Counted from the first letter of the stretch, positions 1 through 10,156 are shown. The stretch is DNA of 64,000 nt from an uncultured Chloroflexia bacterium (GCA_963701795.1 CAVPBB010000001.1:1048109-1112108); one strand, 5' to 3'. Translations and numbers: made by a program. Notes: a model not told the origin generated them from the letters alone.

Positions 1-1
1 C

Positions 2-481
2 TTCGCCGATGACGCCTTCGATCTCGTCATTGCCAACCACATGCTCTACCACGTCCCCAATCGGCCCAAAGCGTTCGCCGAGATACGGCGGGCGCTGCGA
101 CCTGGCGGCGCGCTGATCGCAGCGACAAATGGCCGTGACAACATGCGCGCGCTGGATAGCCTGGCGCTCGCCGTGGCGCCAGACGCCGCTACAGCCGAGT
201 GGAAGGCGAGTTTCCGCCATCCCTTTACCCTGGAGAACGGCGTCGATCAACTCAAACCATTTTTCGATCCCATCGAGATGCGCTCTTTCACCGACGGCCT
301 CGATGTCACCGAGGTTGAGCCGCTGGTGGCATATATCCTCTCGATTGACGCGCCTGGTTTCCGCGAACCCGCGACGGTCGCCGCATTCGATGCGCGGGCG
401 CGCGAGCTAATGGCGCAACATGGCGGCGTGTTCCACATTGACAAGAGCGTCGGCTTGTTTGTCGCGCGCCGCCCCATCTAG
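2..481 (+). CDS. class I SAM-dependent methyltransferase, C-terminal part (5' end lies outside the window)
   Basis: The frame of ORF 41..481 is open from the window edge. 'FDLVIANHMLYHVPNRPKAFAEIRRALRPGGALI' resembles the central motifs of Methyltransf_11/25-type enzymes. Confidence 0.75.
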   Translation, partial: FADDAFDLVIANHMLYHVPNRPKAFAEIRRALRPGGALIAATNGRDNMRALDSLALAVAPDAATAEWKASFRHPFTLENGVDQLKPFFDPIEMRSFTDGLDVTEVEPLVAYILSIDAPGFREPATVAAFDARARELMAQHGGVFHIDKSVGLFVARRPI

Positions 482-591
482 CGCGACTCAGCAGCTTGCC
501 TCATCTCCCTCTCAGCTTCATCTTAACATCGCCCGCTATGCTCCGGGCAGCGATGAGTCGCGCGAATTGGGAGAGATGAGGATGCCCGCCC

Positions 592-1839
592 ATGAGTCAA
601 AACGACGCGCTCACCTTGCTTGCGCTCACGCTCGGCGCATTCTTGATGCCGCTGCTTGCCGAGCGCATCGGCTGGTTTAGCGCGCCCTGCGAGATGCTCT
701 ACGGCTTTGCTGTCGCCAATCTGCTTCCAGGCATGCGCTTCAACGGGCAGTTCATCAGCACCCTCAGCGAATTTGGCTTCCTGCTGCTGCTCTTCCTCGC
801 CGGGCTTGAGATTGACTTCGACCTGCTGCGGCATGAGGGCGCGCGCTCGCTCTTCAGCGCCGCATTCGCCGCAGTAGGCATACAGGCAGGGGCGATGGGG
901 CTGGCGCTGTTCCTGCGCCTGCCCATCATCTATGCGCTGCTGATCGGGGCGCTCTCGGTGACGCTGCTCATGGCGATCTTGCATGAGCTTGGCCTTGTGC
1001 GTCAGCCATTCGGCCAACGGCTGCTCATCGTCGGCGCGCTGGGGGAGTTTATCTCCATCGTCGGCGTGACCTCCTACGACCTGATCTATCGCTACGGCAT
1101 CGACTGGCAACTGGCGATTGCCGCTGCCAAGCTGTTGGCGCTGCTCATCCTCGGCTACATCGGTTTGCGTGGGCTGCTTGCCCTCGCCAATACACGCTCG
1201 CACGCTATGCGCCGCCTCTTTGCGCTGCGTGACACCTCAGAGCTTGGCGTGCGCGCCGCGCTGGCGCTCATGCTCTGTTTCGCCGCCGCAGCGGTTATCC
1301 TGCGCGTTGAGGCGATCCTCGCGACCTTCATCGCCGGGGCCATCTGCAGCTTCGCCTTCCGTGGTCACAATTACGTGACCGAAAAGCTCACGACAATGGG
1401 GCAAGGCTTCTTCCTGCCAATCTTCTTCATCACCGTTGGCGCGCAGGTGCATTTCATGGACCTGCTCTCACCAGCCGCGCTCACGCTGCTGTGCGCCCTG
1501 ACGGTCGGGCTGTTCGGCGTGCGCCTGGCCGCGATGCCGTTGCTGCGTCTGGCAGGGGTCAGTTGGCGGCAGCTCCTGCCCGCCGCGCTGATGCTCTCGG
1601 CGCCACTCTCGCTCATGGTGGCCATCGCGCAGGTTGGTGTGCGCCTGGGCGCGCTCAACAGCGCCACGGTGTCAGCGGCGCTAGGCGCGAGCATCGTCTC
1701 GTCAACGCTGTACCCGTTGCTGGCGCGCCCGTTCCTCGTCAAGCTGACGCGCGGCTACTCGGCGCATACGACGCCACTCTCCCTGCCGCTCGATCTGCCC
1801 ACGCTGGAGACATCCGCGCTCGATGAGGCGACAGCGTAA
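592..1839 (+). CDS. cation:proton antiporter (CPA / Na+-H+ exchanger family membrane protein)
   Basis: 415-aa ORF that is hydrophobic throughout, with more than 10 predicted TM segments and high GC3. The 'LLLLFLAGLEIDFDLL' type motif is typical of Na_H_Exchanger proteins. Confidence 0.75.
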   Translation: MSQNDALTLLALTLGAFLMPLLAERIGWFSAPCEMLYGFAVANLLPGMRFNGQFISTLSEFGFLLLLFLAGLEIDFDLLRHEGARSLFSAAFAAVGIQAGAMGLALFLRLPIIYALLIGALSVTLLMAILHELGLVRQPFGQRLLIVGALGEFISIVGVTSYDLIYRYGIDWQLAIAAAKLLALLILGYIGLRGLLALANTRSHAMRRLFALRDTSELGVRAALALMLCFAAAAVILRVEAILATFIAGAICSFAFRGHNYVTEKLTTMGQGFFLPIFFITVGAQVHFMDLLSPAALTLLCALTVGLFGVRLAAMPLLRLAGVSWRQLLPAALMLSAPLSLMVAIAQVGVRLGALNSATVSAALGASIVSSTLYPLLARPFLVKLTRGYSAHTTPLSLPLDLPTLETSALDEATA

Positions 1840-1959
1840 CCAGCAGCGCCCTACCGGCTTCCAGGCAGGCGCCGCGCTTGACACGTCTATTGCCAAAGCA
1901 GTGCTGCGCGGGCCACTATATATGCGAGTCGAACTTGTGCCAGTACCGGAGTGTGACCT

Positions 1960-2727
1960 ATGAGAGCCTCAGCCTCACTGAAGAACCAGCCGCAGCCACC
2001 AAAGCCGAACTTCAGCACTGATCCGCTCGACCCTGCGATGGAGGGGCGCCGCCTCTTCGCCGAATTGATCGGGACATTTCTGCTGACGCTGGTCGCGGCA
2101 GGGCCTGCCGTCATTAGCGTTGCTACCGGCGACAAGATTAGCCAGCCAGCCGCAGTCACCGCGCCAGCCCTGCTGGTCATGGCGCTGATCTACACCATAG
2201 GTGATGTCTCTGGCGCTCATATCAACCCGGTCGTCACACTGGCCTTCGCCATTCGCAGTGATTTTCCCTGGAAGCGTGTCCCAGGGTACATGGTGAGCCA
2301 GTTCCTCGGCGCCATCGCTGCGGCGGTGCTGCTTCGACTGCTCTTTGGCAATGTTGGCGACCTCGGCGCGACACTGCCTAATCCCAGCACAGGCGTATTC
2401 GTCGCCCTCATCATGGAGATCGTGCTCACCTACCTGCTCGTCACCGTCATCCTCGGCACGGCGCATGAGACACGTCTGGTCGGTCACAACGCCGCCCTCG
2501 CCGTCGGCGGGACCATCGCGCTGGCTGGCCTCTTCGCCAGCCCGGTCAGCGGTTCCTCGATGAATCCCGCGCGCTCGTTTGGGCCTGCGCTCGTCAGTGG
2601 CAACCTGGGCAGCGTGTGGATCTACTTCGTGGGGCCGCTGATCGGCGCGCTGCTCGCCACCGGCATCGCCTGGGCGCTGCACGGCCCCACCACCGCTGAA
2701 GCGCGCAAAGCCGCTGGCGGCTCATGA
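1960..2727 (+). CDS. MIP-family channel (aquaporin/aquaglyceroporin-like) with NPV / NPA signature pair
   Basis: 'SGAHINPVVTLA' (NPV at 2224..2232) and 'SGSSMNPARSFGPAL' (NPA at 2563..2571). The ORF has six hydrophobic segments, and a CGGAG RBS sits 9 nt upstream of the ATG. Confidence 0.9.
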   Translation: MRASASLKNQPQPPKPNFSTDPLDPAMEGRRLFAELIGTFLLTLVAAGPAVISVATGDKISQPAAVTAPALLVMALIYTIGDVSGAHINPVVTLAFAIRSDFPWKRVPGYMVSQFLGAIAAAVLLRLLFGNVGDLGATLPNPSTGVFVALIMEIVLTYLLVTVILGTAHETRLVGHNAALAVGGTIALAGLFASPVSGSSMNPARSFGPALVSGNLGSVWIYFVGPLIGALLATGIAWALHGPTTAEARKAAGGS

Positions 2728-3434
2728 GCCAGGGAGCGACTGCGCAGACGCCAGGCGACGCGACCTGCGCGGTGTTCTTCAGCGGTGGCAAGGACTCTAT
2801 GCTCGCGCTCGACCGCAGCGTGCGGCAGGGGCGGCGCATCGCCACGCTGGTGACACTCTACGACGCGGCGAGCCAGCGGGTGCGCTTTCACGGCACGCCG
2901 GTCGCCGTCATGCGCGCCCAGGCCCAATCGCTGGGGCTGCCAATGGCGCTCTACCCCACGACGCCAACCACATTCGAGACAACCTTGCTCACCGCGCTCG
3001 CCGACCTGCGCAGCCAGGGCGTGACCGCGCTGATCTTCGGCGACATCCACCTGGCAGACGTACGCGCGTGGTACGAGGAGCGCGTGCGCGCTGCTGGCCT
3101 CGACCACATCGAGCCGCTCTGGGGCGAAGACCCAGCGCGACTTGCGGCGGAGGTCATCGAGCGGGGCTACGAAGCCATCATCACCTGCATAGAAGTTGCG
3201 ACCGCGCAGGCGGACTGGCTTGGGCGACCACTCAGCGCCCCATTGCTCGAGGCATTTGCAGCGCAGGGCATCGATATCTGTGGCGAGCGCGGCGAATATC
3301 ACACCTTCGTCGTCAACGGTCCACTCTTTCAATCGCGCGCGCCAATCGCTCTGGGCGCCACGCATGAGGAGGCGGGGTTCCGCCAGATAGATACAGTCCT
3401 CACGCCGCGCGAGGCCAGTGATCACACCGCGTAG
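2724..3434 (+). CDS. PP-loop ATP pyrophosphatase (Dph6/MJ0570-related adenine nucleotide alpha-hydrolase)
   Basis: PP-loop 'FFSGGKDSMLAL' lies near the N-terminus. The start overlaps the aquaporin stop as ATGA. Confidence 0.7.
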   Translation: MSQGATAQTPGDATCAVFFSGGKDSMLALDRSVRQGRRIATLVTLYDAASQRVRFHGTPVAVMRAQAQSLGLPMALYPTTPTTFETTLLTALADLRSQGVTALIFGDIHLADVRAWYEERVRAAGLDHIEPLWGEDPARLAAEVIERGYEAIITCIEVATAQADWLGRPLSAPLLEAFAAQGIDICGERGEYHTFVVNGPLFQSRAPIALGATHEEAGFRQIDTVLTPREASDHTA

Positions 3435-4648
3435 CTGCGCCCACGCCAGGGAACGGTCTCGCCGCGTAGCTTGCGCCAGAGCGACCGCGCCATGATGCCC
3501 GCGAAAACGACGCCGCCGAGGGGATGAGTCCAGCCGTAGCGCAGCGGGATAGCCAGCATGTGGTCGAGATAGGCGCGGTAGCCCAGCGTTACGGCGACCG
3601 GCGCAGCCGCCGCCAGCGTCATGCGCCGGTCGCGCCGCAGCAGGCCGCGCGCCAGCAAGGCGAATGGCGCCACCGTGATCAACAGCAGCCCAGGCGCCAT
3701 CAGCGCGAAGGTCAACACACCGCCGCGCGAGCCGATCACAGCATTCTTGCCCCAGCCATTCCAGTGCTCGGCCAACGACTGATACATGCGGGTCGTCACC
3801 AGTCCGCGCCCATCCACAAAGAGCAGCCGCCCGCCAGAACGCTTGACGACACGCGCCAGCGCCAGGTCGTCGACAACCGTCGCCCGCAATTCAGCGGTGT
3901 CATAGCCGCCCAGCCGCTCATAGGTCGCCTGTCGAATCAGCAGAAACTGCCCGTTGGCGATGGCGACCCGGCTGCGCGCATTGTTCACCAGCACAGGCGG
4001 ATACATGAACGAGATGCCCATAAATGCGATGGGCATCAGCACACGATTCCAGAAGTCGGGAAGCTCCTGTGTCGTGCCGATGGTAAACAGGTCGGCGCCC
4101 TCGTTGATGGCGCGCGTCACAGCCGAACGAAGCGCGCTGGGCGTATGGTAGGTATCAGCGTCGGTGAATAGCAGCCATTCGCCCGACGCCACCTGCGTCC
4201 CCACATGCAGCGCATGCGGCTTCCCCGCCCAGCCCTGCGGCAACCGCGCCACGCGCGCCACCCGCAGCCGCTGGCGCCCCGCTGGCGTCTGGCGCAACTG
4301 CTCCAGCAGGGCAGGCGTGGCATCGGTCGAGCCGTCGTCCACGACAATGACCTCAAAGTTCGCGTAGTCCTGCGCCAGCAACGACTCGACGCAGCGGCGA
4401 ATGTTGCGCTCCTCGTCGCGCGCTGGAACGATCACGCTCACTCGCGGCGGCAGCTCCGCGCCAGGCGCCAGAGCTGCTCGTCTCACCGGCAAAGGTGTGA
4501 GCGGGGCCGCGCTACGCGCATCAGCCAGGCTTCGCGCCAACGCCATGAGATAGAATCCCGTGACACCTACCGAAAGGCTCCAGAGGCCCACTGTGGCGAG
4601 GCGATTAGGCCGGCGACGCGATTGCTGAGTACGAGGACTGTTGGGCAT
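3422..4648 (-). CDS. family 2 glycosyltransferase, membrane-anchored
   Basis: 'VSVIVPARDEERNIRRCVESLLAQDYANFEVIVVDDGSTDAT' and 'FTDADT' GT-A motifs. An N-terminal TM segment and C-terminal TM segments are present. Confidence 0.85.
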   Translation of the reverse strand: MPNSPRTQQSRRRPNRLATVGLWSLSVGVTGFYLMALARSLADARSAAPLTPLPVRRAALAPGAELPPRVSVIVPARDEERNIRRCVESLLAQDYANFEVIVVDDGSTDATPALLEQLRQTPAGRQRLRVARVARLPQGWAGKPHALHVGTQVASGEWLLFTDADTYHTPSALRSAVTRAINEGADLFTIGTTQELPDFWNRVLMPIAFMGISFMYPPVLVNNARSRVAIANGQFLLIRQATYERLGGYDTAELRATVVDDLALARVVKRSGGRLLFVDGRGLVTTRMYQSLAEHWNGWGKNAVIGSRGGVLTFALMAPGLLLITVAPFALLARGLLRRDRRMTLAAAAPVAVTLGYRAYLDHMLAIPLRYGWTHPLGGVVFAGIMARSLWRKLRGETVPWRGRSYAV

Positions 4649-4758
4649 GATGCGCTCACATTCTCTGACGCGCTACGCTCTCTCCAACAACTGATGATAG
4701 CGAAAACACGCAACGCACGCCAGCCAGCACGCGCCTGCCGCCGAAGGGAGGGCTGCCA

Positions 4759-5622
4759 ATGCCAGCGCGAATCGATCACGTCATCATCGCCGCGCTCGAC
4801 CTCGATCAACTCGAACAGACCTTCACGCGGCTGGGATTCCATGTCACTGGCGGCGGGACACATCCCCACCTTGGCACACGCAACCGCATCATCATCCTTG
4901 GAGATGGCTACATCGAACTGCTAGCCATCGCCGACGCCGCGCGCGTCTCCGCTGCGCTTCTCGACCGGATTTCCCTCGGCGGTGGCTGGGTCGGCTATGC
5001 GCTCCAATCAGATGATATCGTGGCTGAGGCAGAAGCGATGCGCAGGCGCGGCGTGGACGTTCGCGGGCCGACGCCGGGCCGTCTCATCGCCCCAGATGGA
5101 CACGCGCGAAGCTGGCAGGTCGTCACCGTCGGCGCCGATGACCTGTGGGCGGCCTGCCTGCCGATCCCCTTCCTCATCCAGCACGATAGCGCAGGTGAGC
5201 GGCATCAGCGTGAGCTTGCTGGGGCAGGCGGCCTTGCGCCGCACGCGAACGGCGCCACATCGCTCCTCGGTGTCACCCTGCGTGTCGCCAATGTCGTCGA
5301 TCTCGCAGCGCGCTACGAGCAGACCTATGGACTGACGCCTACGCTGCCCCACGAGCCAGAGGCAGGCCGGGGCGCAATCACCTATCCCCTGGCCCACGCC
5401 GAGCAGCGCATTACGCTGGCCCTGCCTGACATCCCGGCCGCAGACGAGGATTCAAGAACCAGGGCGGCCATCGTGATGAGTGTAGAGGTGCGCGCGCCGG
5501 ACCTCGCCTTAGCCGAGCGCGCCGCCAGGCAGGCAGGATTCGCTGCCACACGCCTGCCCAACGCTCTCAACGTCAGCTTGCCCCACAACACCGCCAGGAT
5601 CGCGTTCAGCGCCCCCACATAG
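4759..5622 (+). CDS. VOC / glyoxalase-like domain protein
   Basis: 'IDHVIIAALDLDQLEQTFTRLGFHVTGGGTHPHLGTRNRIIILGDGYIELLAI' is typical of Glyoxalase_3-type proteins. Confidence 0.75.
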   Translation: MPARIDHVIIAALDLDQLEQTFTRLGFHVTGGGTHPHLGTRNRIIILGDGYIELLAIADAARVSAALLDRISLGGGWVGYALQSDDIVAEAEAMRRRGVDVRGPTPGRLIAPDGHARSWQVVTVGADDLWAACLPIPFLIQHDSAGERHQRELAGAGGLAPHANGATSLLGVTLRVANVVDLAARYEQTYGLTPTLPHEPEAGRGAITYPLAHAEQRITLALPDIPAADEDSRTRAAIVMSVEVRAPDLALAERAARQAGFAATRLPNALNVSLPHNTARIAFSAPT

Positions 5623-5650
5623 CCTTTCAAACGTGGTCGCCGAATCCCTT

Positions 5651-5682
5651 CTCGCGCAGGTCTCGCGCAGGTCTCGCGCAGG
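5651..5682. repeat. tandem repeat, 11-nt unit CTCGCGCAGGT x 2.9
   Basis: Read directly from the sequence: ctcgcgcaggt ctcgcgcaggt ctcgcgcagg. It is intergenic, just after the VOC gene stop. Confidence 0.95.
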
Positions 5683-5762
5683 CGCAATACCGCTCAAATA
5701 CTTTCCCGACATCTCATGACAATAGCCTACGGCTATAGGAAAGTCCGGGCAAAGCAGGACAT

Positions 5763-5804
5763 CTGCGAGTCGGCTGGCGGTTTCAACCGCCAGCCGACTC
5801 GCAG
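5763..5804. terminator. perfect 18-bp-stem hairpin (loop TTTCAA) between convergent genes; candidate bidirectional terminator
   Basis: CTGCGAGTCGGCTGGCGG-TTTCAA-CCGCCAGCCGACTCGCAG, followed by a second small hairpin CCCCC-GGTTT-GGGGG. There is no clear U-tract. Confidence 0.55.
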
Positions 5805-5842
5805 ACTAACCCCCGGTTTGGGGGAGAACCGCGCACGTGCCG

Positions 5843-8350
5843 CTAGCTTGACAGGCGGGCGTCTGTCTCGGTGGCCTCTGGCAGCAGTAGGGGCCTCGCG
5901 GGCGCAGTGATATGAATGGTCATGTTCTCCGCCGCGCTCTCGTCCTCATTCAGGTCGATCACCACTTCGTCGCCTTCGCTCACCTGACCCGTCAACAGCG
6001 CCTCGGCCAACGCATCCTCGATGCGCGCCTGCGCCTCACGCCGTAGCGACCGCGCGCCGTACTCCTCATTGAAGCCGTGGCTGACGATGACATCTTGCGC
6101 ACGCTCCGTCACCTGCAAGCGAATCATCTGTCCATCCAGCCGCAGTTGTATCTGCGCCAGGATAAGCCCCAGGATGCGCCGCGCCTCACGCAGGCTCAGC
6201 GGATGGAACAGCATGATATCGTCGATCCGGTTGAGAAACTCTGGACGAAATGCCCGCTCGATCTCTGGCATCACGATCTTGCGCATGGCGTTGTCTTCCG
6301 CTTCATCATCCTGCCGAATCTGGAAGCCGATGCCCGCGCGCCGACGCAGGCCCTCCGTCCCCAGATTCGTCGTCATGATGATGATCGTGTTCTTGAAGTC
6401 CACCTTGCGCCCTTTGGCGTCTGAGAGCGTGCCATCTTCGAGAATCTGTAGCAGCATGTCATAGACCTGCGGATGCGCTTTCTCGATCTCGTCGAAGAGG
6501 ACGATGCTGTAGGGGCGTCGCCGCACAGCCTCAGTCAATTGGCCAGCCTGATCGTAGCCCACATAGCCCGGAGGCGCGCCGACCAGCCGTGCGGCGTTAT
6601 GGCGCTCCATAAACTCCGACATATCGAGCTTGACCATCGCATCATCAGACCCAAAGAGCGCCTCAGCGAGCGCGCGTGCAAGCTCAGTCTTGCCAACGCC
6701 AGTTGGGCCAGCGAAGATGAACGAGCCAATCGGTCGCCGTCGGTCGCGCATATCGACCCGCGAGCGGCGCACCGCGCGCGCAACCGCCATCACAGCTTCA
6801 TCTTGTCCGATCACGCGCTGTTGCAACGTCGCATCCAGTCGCAGCAGCCGCTCCGTCTCCTCGAAATTTGCCATCACCGTCGGGATGCCTGTCCAGCGAG
6901 CCACGACTTCGGCCACATCGCGCGTGGTCAGCGTTGGCTCGGCTTCAGCGCGTAACTGCCACCAGTCAGCCTCCAACTGCGACATCCGCTCGCGCACCGC
7001 CGCCTCGCGGTCTCGCAAGTCAGCCGCCTCGGCGAATAGCCGCTCACGCACGGCGCGCGACTTGGCGTCATGCAACTGTTCCAGCTCATCGCGCAGCTCC
7101 AGCGCCTCAGTGGGCGCCACCGCGCGAGCCACTCGCAGCCGCGCCGCCGCCTCGTCCATCAGGTCAACCGCCTTGTCAGGCAGCGCGCGGTCCTGAATGT
7201 AGCGATCTGAGAGTTGCGCCGCCGCTACCACCGCCTCATCTGAGACATGCACCTGATGGTAACTCTCATAGCGCGAGCGCAGCCCAATAAGGATCTGAAT
7301 CGTCTCGTCAATCGTCGCTTCAGGCACCGTCACCGGCTGGAAACGACGCTCCAGCGCCGCGTCGCGATCCATGATCTTCTTGAAGTCATCCTGTGTGGCC
7401 GCGCCGATGACCTGTATCTCACCGCGCGCGAGAATCGGCTTGAAAAGGTTCGCCGCGTCAATCGAGCCTTCCGCGCCACCTACACCGAGCAGGCTCTGCA
7501 GTTCATCGATGAACAGAATGACATTGCGCGCCTTGAGTAGCTCATCCACAACCGCCTTGAGCCGCTCCTCGAAGTCGCCACGGTATTTTGTGCCAATCGT
7601 CAGCAAGCCAACATCCAGCGAGACGATGCGCTTGTCGCTCAGCATCTCCGGCGCCTCACCCGACGCGATGCGCTGCGCCAGCCCCTCGGCGATGGCGGTC
7701 TTGCCCACGCCAGCAGCGCCGACCAGCACGGGATTGTTCTTGCGGCGGCGCGTCAGGGTCTGCATCGTCTGGGTCAATTCACGCTCGCGCCCAAACATCG
7801 GGTCGAGCTCACCAGCGATGGCGGCTGAGGTCAGGTCGCGACTGACCATATTCAGCGTGGGGGTCATGCGATAGCGCGCCGCATGGGCGGAGGCGAACGA
7901 TCCACTCGGTCCGTTGAACTGCATCAACGCGGCCTGGGCTTTGGCCCGCTCATACGTCGCGCCAAAGCTCTCCAGCACACCCGACGCGATACCTTGCGTA
8001 TTGCGCAACAACCCTAACAACAGGTGGATGGTCGACACCTCGGTGGCGCCTTCCGCCATCGCCTCCGTTTCGGCGTCGGCCAGCGCCTGCTTCGCCTCCG
8101 GGCGCAGCGTCGGCTCTGGAATCGCGCCACGCATGCCACGCACCATGATGAACTCCAGCGCCTGTCGCAGTCGGACGACATTCACACCCATCCCGCTGAG
8201 CAGTTCGATCACCAGGGGATCACTCGCCTCGATGATGCCGCACAGAATGTGCTCACCACCGATAACGCGGTGCTGCAAACGAAGCGCAATATCTCGCGCC
8301 TGCCCTAATGATCGGCGCGCGTCCACGCTGTACTGATCGAACCGGCTCAC
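5843..8350 (-). CDS. clpC: ATP-dependent Clp protease ATP-binding subunit ClpC (class I AAA+, two NBDs)
   Basis: N-terminal Clp_N repeats ('GGEHILCGI'). Two Walker A motifs ('GAAGVGKTA', 'GPTGVGKTE') and a UVR-like middle region are present. GTG start with a GGGAGA RBS. Confidence 0.9.
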   Translation of the reverse strand: MSRFDQYSVDARRSLGQARDIALRLQHRVIGGEHILCGIIEASDPLVIELLSGMGVNVVRLRQALEFIMVRGMRGAIPEPTLRPEAKQALADAETEAMAEGATEVSTIHLLLGLLRNTQGIASGVLESFGATYERAKAQAALMQFNGPSGSFASAHAARYRMTPTLNMVSRDLTSAAIAGELDPMFGRERELTQTMQTLTRRRKNNPVLVGAAGVGKTAIAEGLAQRIASGEAPEMLSDKRIVSLDVGLLTIGTKYRGDFEERLKAVVDELLKARNVILFIDELQSLLGVGGAEGSIDAANLFKPILARGEIQVIGAATQDDFKKIMDRDAALERRFQPVTVPEATIDETIQILIGLRSRYESYHQVHVSDEAVVAAAQLSDRYIQDRALPDKAVDLMDEAAARLRVARAVAPTEALELRDELEQLHDAKSRAVRERLFAEAADLRDREAAVRERMSQLEADWWQLRAEAEPTLTTRDVAEVVARWTGIPTVMANFEETERLLRLDATLQQRVIGQDEAVMAVARAVRRSRVDMRDRRRPIGSFIFAGPTGVGKTELARALAEALFGSDDAMVKLDMSEFMERHNAARLVGAPPGYVGYDQAGQLTEAVRRRPYSIVLFDEIEKAHPQVYDMLLQILEDGTLSDAKGRKVDFKNTIIIMTTNLGTEGLRRRAGIGFQIRQDDEAEDNAMRKIVMPEIERAFRPEFLNRIDDIMLFHPLSLREARRILGLILAQIQLRLDGQMIRLQVTERAQDVIVSHGFNEEYGARSLRREAQARIEDALAEALLTGQVSEGDEVVIDLNEDESAAENMTIHITAPARPLLLPEATETDARLSS

Positions 8351-8501
8351 TGCGCTGTCTCCCTGTCTCGTCTGAAGGCGCCGTACGATGCCAGGCGCTT
8401 ACGCTCAGATGAATCGCAAGGCATGTGCCACAGCGTGACAGCAGACGAGCGGCGGTGAGCTTTTCAGCCGTGGCAAGCGTGTTTGAGGGCGCGCCCGTTC
8501 G

Positions 8502-10013
8502 TTAGAGCGCGACGATCGTCTGGCTCAGCGCATCGCGCACGCGCTGCGAGCGGAGCGGCTGCCACACCTCATCCACCCGCAGGATGAGCTGGTTGTGCTC
8601 CTCTTCAAGCTCCTGCTCGAAGGCGCGTAGTCCGGCATTTTCGGGGTCGCGCTGGCTGAGGCGCGCGACAAGTTTGAGCGCGACAGTCAGATCCTGCACA
8701 TCGCCAAGATGCGATTGCGCCGCCATCAGGGCTTTGCGCACGGGCGCCACCCCATCGCCGAGCGGAGTGGCGAATATCTCCAGCGCATAGCGTAGCCGCT
8801 TGCAGGCGATGCGCAACTGATGGAGCGTTGGCGGCTCCGCCTCGTCAATGATCGTCTCATAGCGCAGGATATTTTCATAGCGGGGCCAGATGACGCTGCC
8901 GATGTAATGGCGTACCAGCGGGCAGCCCTGCCCCTCTGGTGGGCGCACAGGCGTGCAGATGAAACCTTCCAGATCGCTGACAAGCTGCGCATGCTTGCGC
9001 TTGCCCAGCCGCCTGACCAGCAGTTCATAGCTCGCCAATCGCCGTGCAGCCAGCAGGTCACGCAGCGACTCCAGGTCGCGCTCACGCTCCATGTCCTCCC
9101 CGACCCACGCGCGAACACGATTGAGGAAGATATCGAGATCGCGCACCACACCGAGTTCATGGGCGATAGCGCTCAGTCGCCCATGCAGTGATCGCAGTGT
9201 CTTGTCTGCGAAGACATCCGCTCCTTCGAAGGCTTGCAGCGTGGTACGAATCCGGCGGGTCGCCACGCGCATATCATGAATGGCGTCGGCCTCACCCTGC
9301 TCGATGACGAGCCGTTGCGCCACCGACATCTCGCGCAGATGGCGCCGCACGATATGACGCACGAGGGCTTCCAGTGGGGTATAGCCATCGAGCGCCCAGC
9401 GCGCATGCCGTAGCAACGCCAGCCCGCGCTCCAGCTTCGAGCGCGGTTCCGGCGCGAGCGGCAGCGCCTGCGTCAGCGCCGCGCTCAGCGCATCGAGATC
9501 GGCTCGCTCACCAATCTGCTTCAGTTCCAGTTCCAGCTCATGCAGCGGCTCATGTCGCCCTGCCGCAATGATCTCGCCAGTATCGAGGGCCAACTCGCCG
9601 ACCACCCGCCCACCGCGCCGCACCGTCCATTTCCGCCGCTCCACCTTCACCCACAGCAGCGGGCTGAGCGGCTCGCCCTGCGTCAGCGCCTGCGCCCGCT
9701 CGCCGATCTCAGCGGGCCAGTCGCGCGGATCATAGCTGAGCGGCCCGATCAGTGGCGCCTCCAGCTCTTCGCGCTCTTGGACGCCGCCCTCGCCCTGATT
9801 CGGCCCTTTGAATGTCAGGACACGCTGCTCGCCAATCGTGCGAATGCGTAGCGCGTGCTGTGTCTGCGTGATGGCGCGTGAGGGGGTATCGAGCAGAACG
9901 TCGCTGTGCCGTTCGACGCCTGCTGCGCGCAGCGTGTAGGGAGACACCGCCAGCGCGCGTATCTGCTCTGGCTTCAGCGCAGCGGTGATCGCGAATTTCG
10001 CCTCGACTTCCAT
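8502..10013 (-). CDS. CYTH domain + CHAD domain protein (triphosphate tunnel metalloenzyme / polyP-associated)
   Basis: N-terminal 'MEVEAKFAI' ExExK CYTH signature, followed by a long helical His/Arg-rich C-terminal half typical of CHAD. GAGGGAGG RBS. Confidence 0.8.
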   Translation of the reverse strand: MEVEAKFAITAALKPEQIRALAVSPYTLRAAGVERHSDVLLDTPSRAITQTQHALRIRTIGEQRVLTFKGPNQGEGGVQEREELEAPLIGPLSYDPRDWPAEIGERAQALTQGEPLSPLLWVKVERRKWTVRRGGRVVGELALDTGEIIAAGRHEPLHELELELKQIGERADLDALSAALTQALPLAPEPRSKLERGLALLRHARWALDGYTPLEALVRHIVRRHLREMSVAQRLVIEQGEADAIHDMRVATRRIRTTLQAFEGADVFADKTLRSLHGRLSAIAHELGVVRDLDIFLNRVRAWVGEDMERERDLESLRDLLAARRLASYELLVRRLGKRKHAQLVSDLEGFICTPVRPPEGQGCPLVRHYIGSVIWPRYENILRYETIIDEAEPPTLHQLRIACKRLRYALEIFATPLGDGVAPVRKALMAAQSHLGDVQDLTVALKLVARLSQRDPENAGLRAFEQELEEEHNQLILRVDEVWQPLRSQRVRDALSQTIVAL

Positions 10014-10156
10014 GGCTGAACCTCCCTCACGGCGCGCTCCGCATCGTGTGCGGCGCCAGTCTGAAGAGCGTCTACCTTGCCAGAAAATAGCCAGGTTGTG
10101 GCGCGCGTCGAATTCGCAGGCGCGGAGGGCATCAGCGCAACGAGAGCGAGCGGCAG

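Noticed and set aside
5651-5682. Possible CRISPR-like or minisatellite array.
   Set aside because: There are only 2.9 copies of an 11-nt unit with no spacers, and no cas genes are nearby. It is a simple tandem repeat.
5738-5750. Exact 13-nt match GGAAAGTCCGGGC to the universally conserved CR-I region of bacterial RNase P RNA.
   Set aside because: The intergenic space is only about 220 nt. None of the other conserved RNase P blocks (for example the ACAGAA...CCCGGCTTA region or the GGTAAGAGCGCACC-like P10-12 elements) is present. This is an isolated match, most likely chance.
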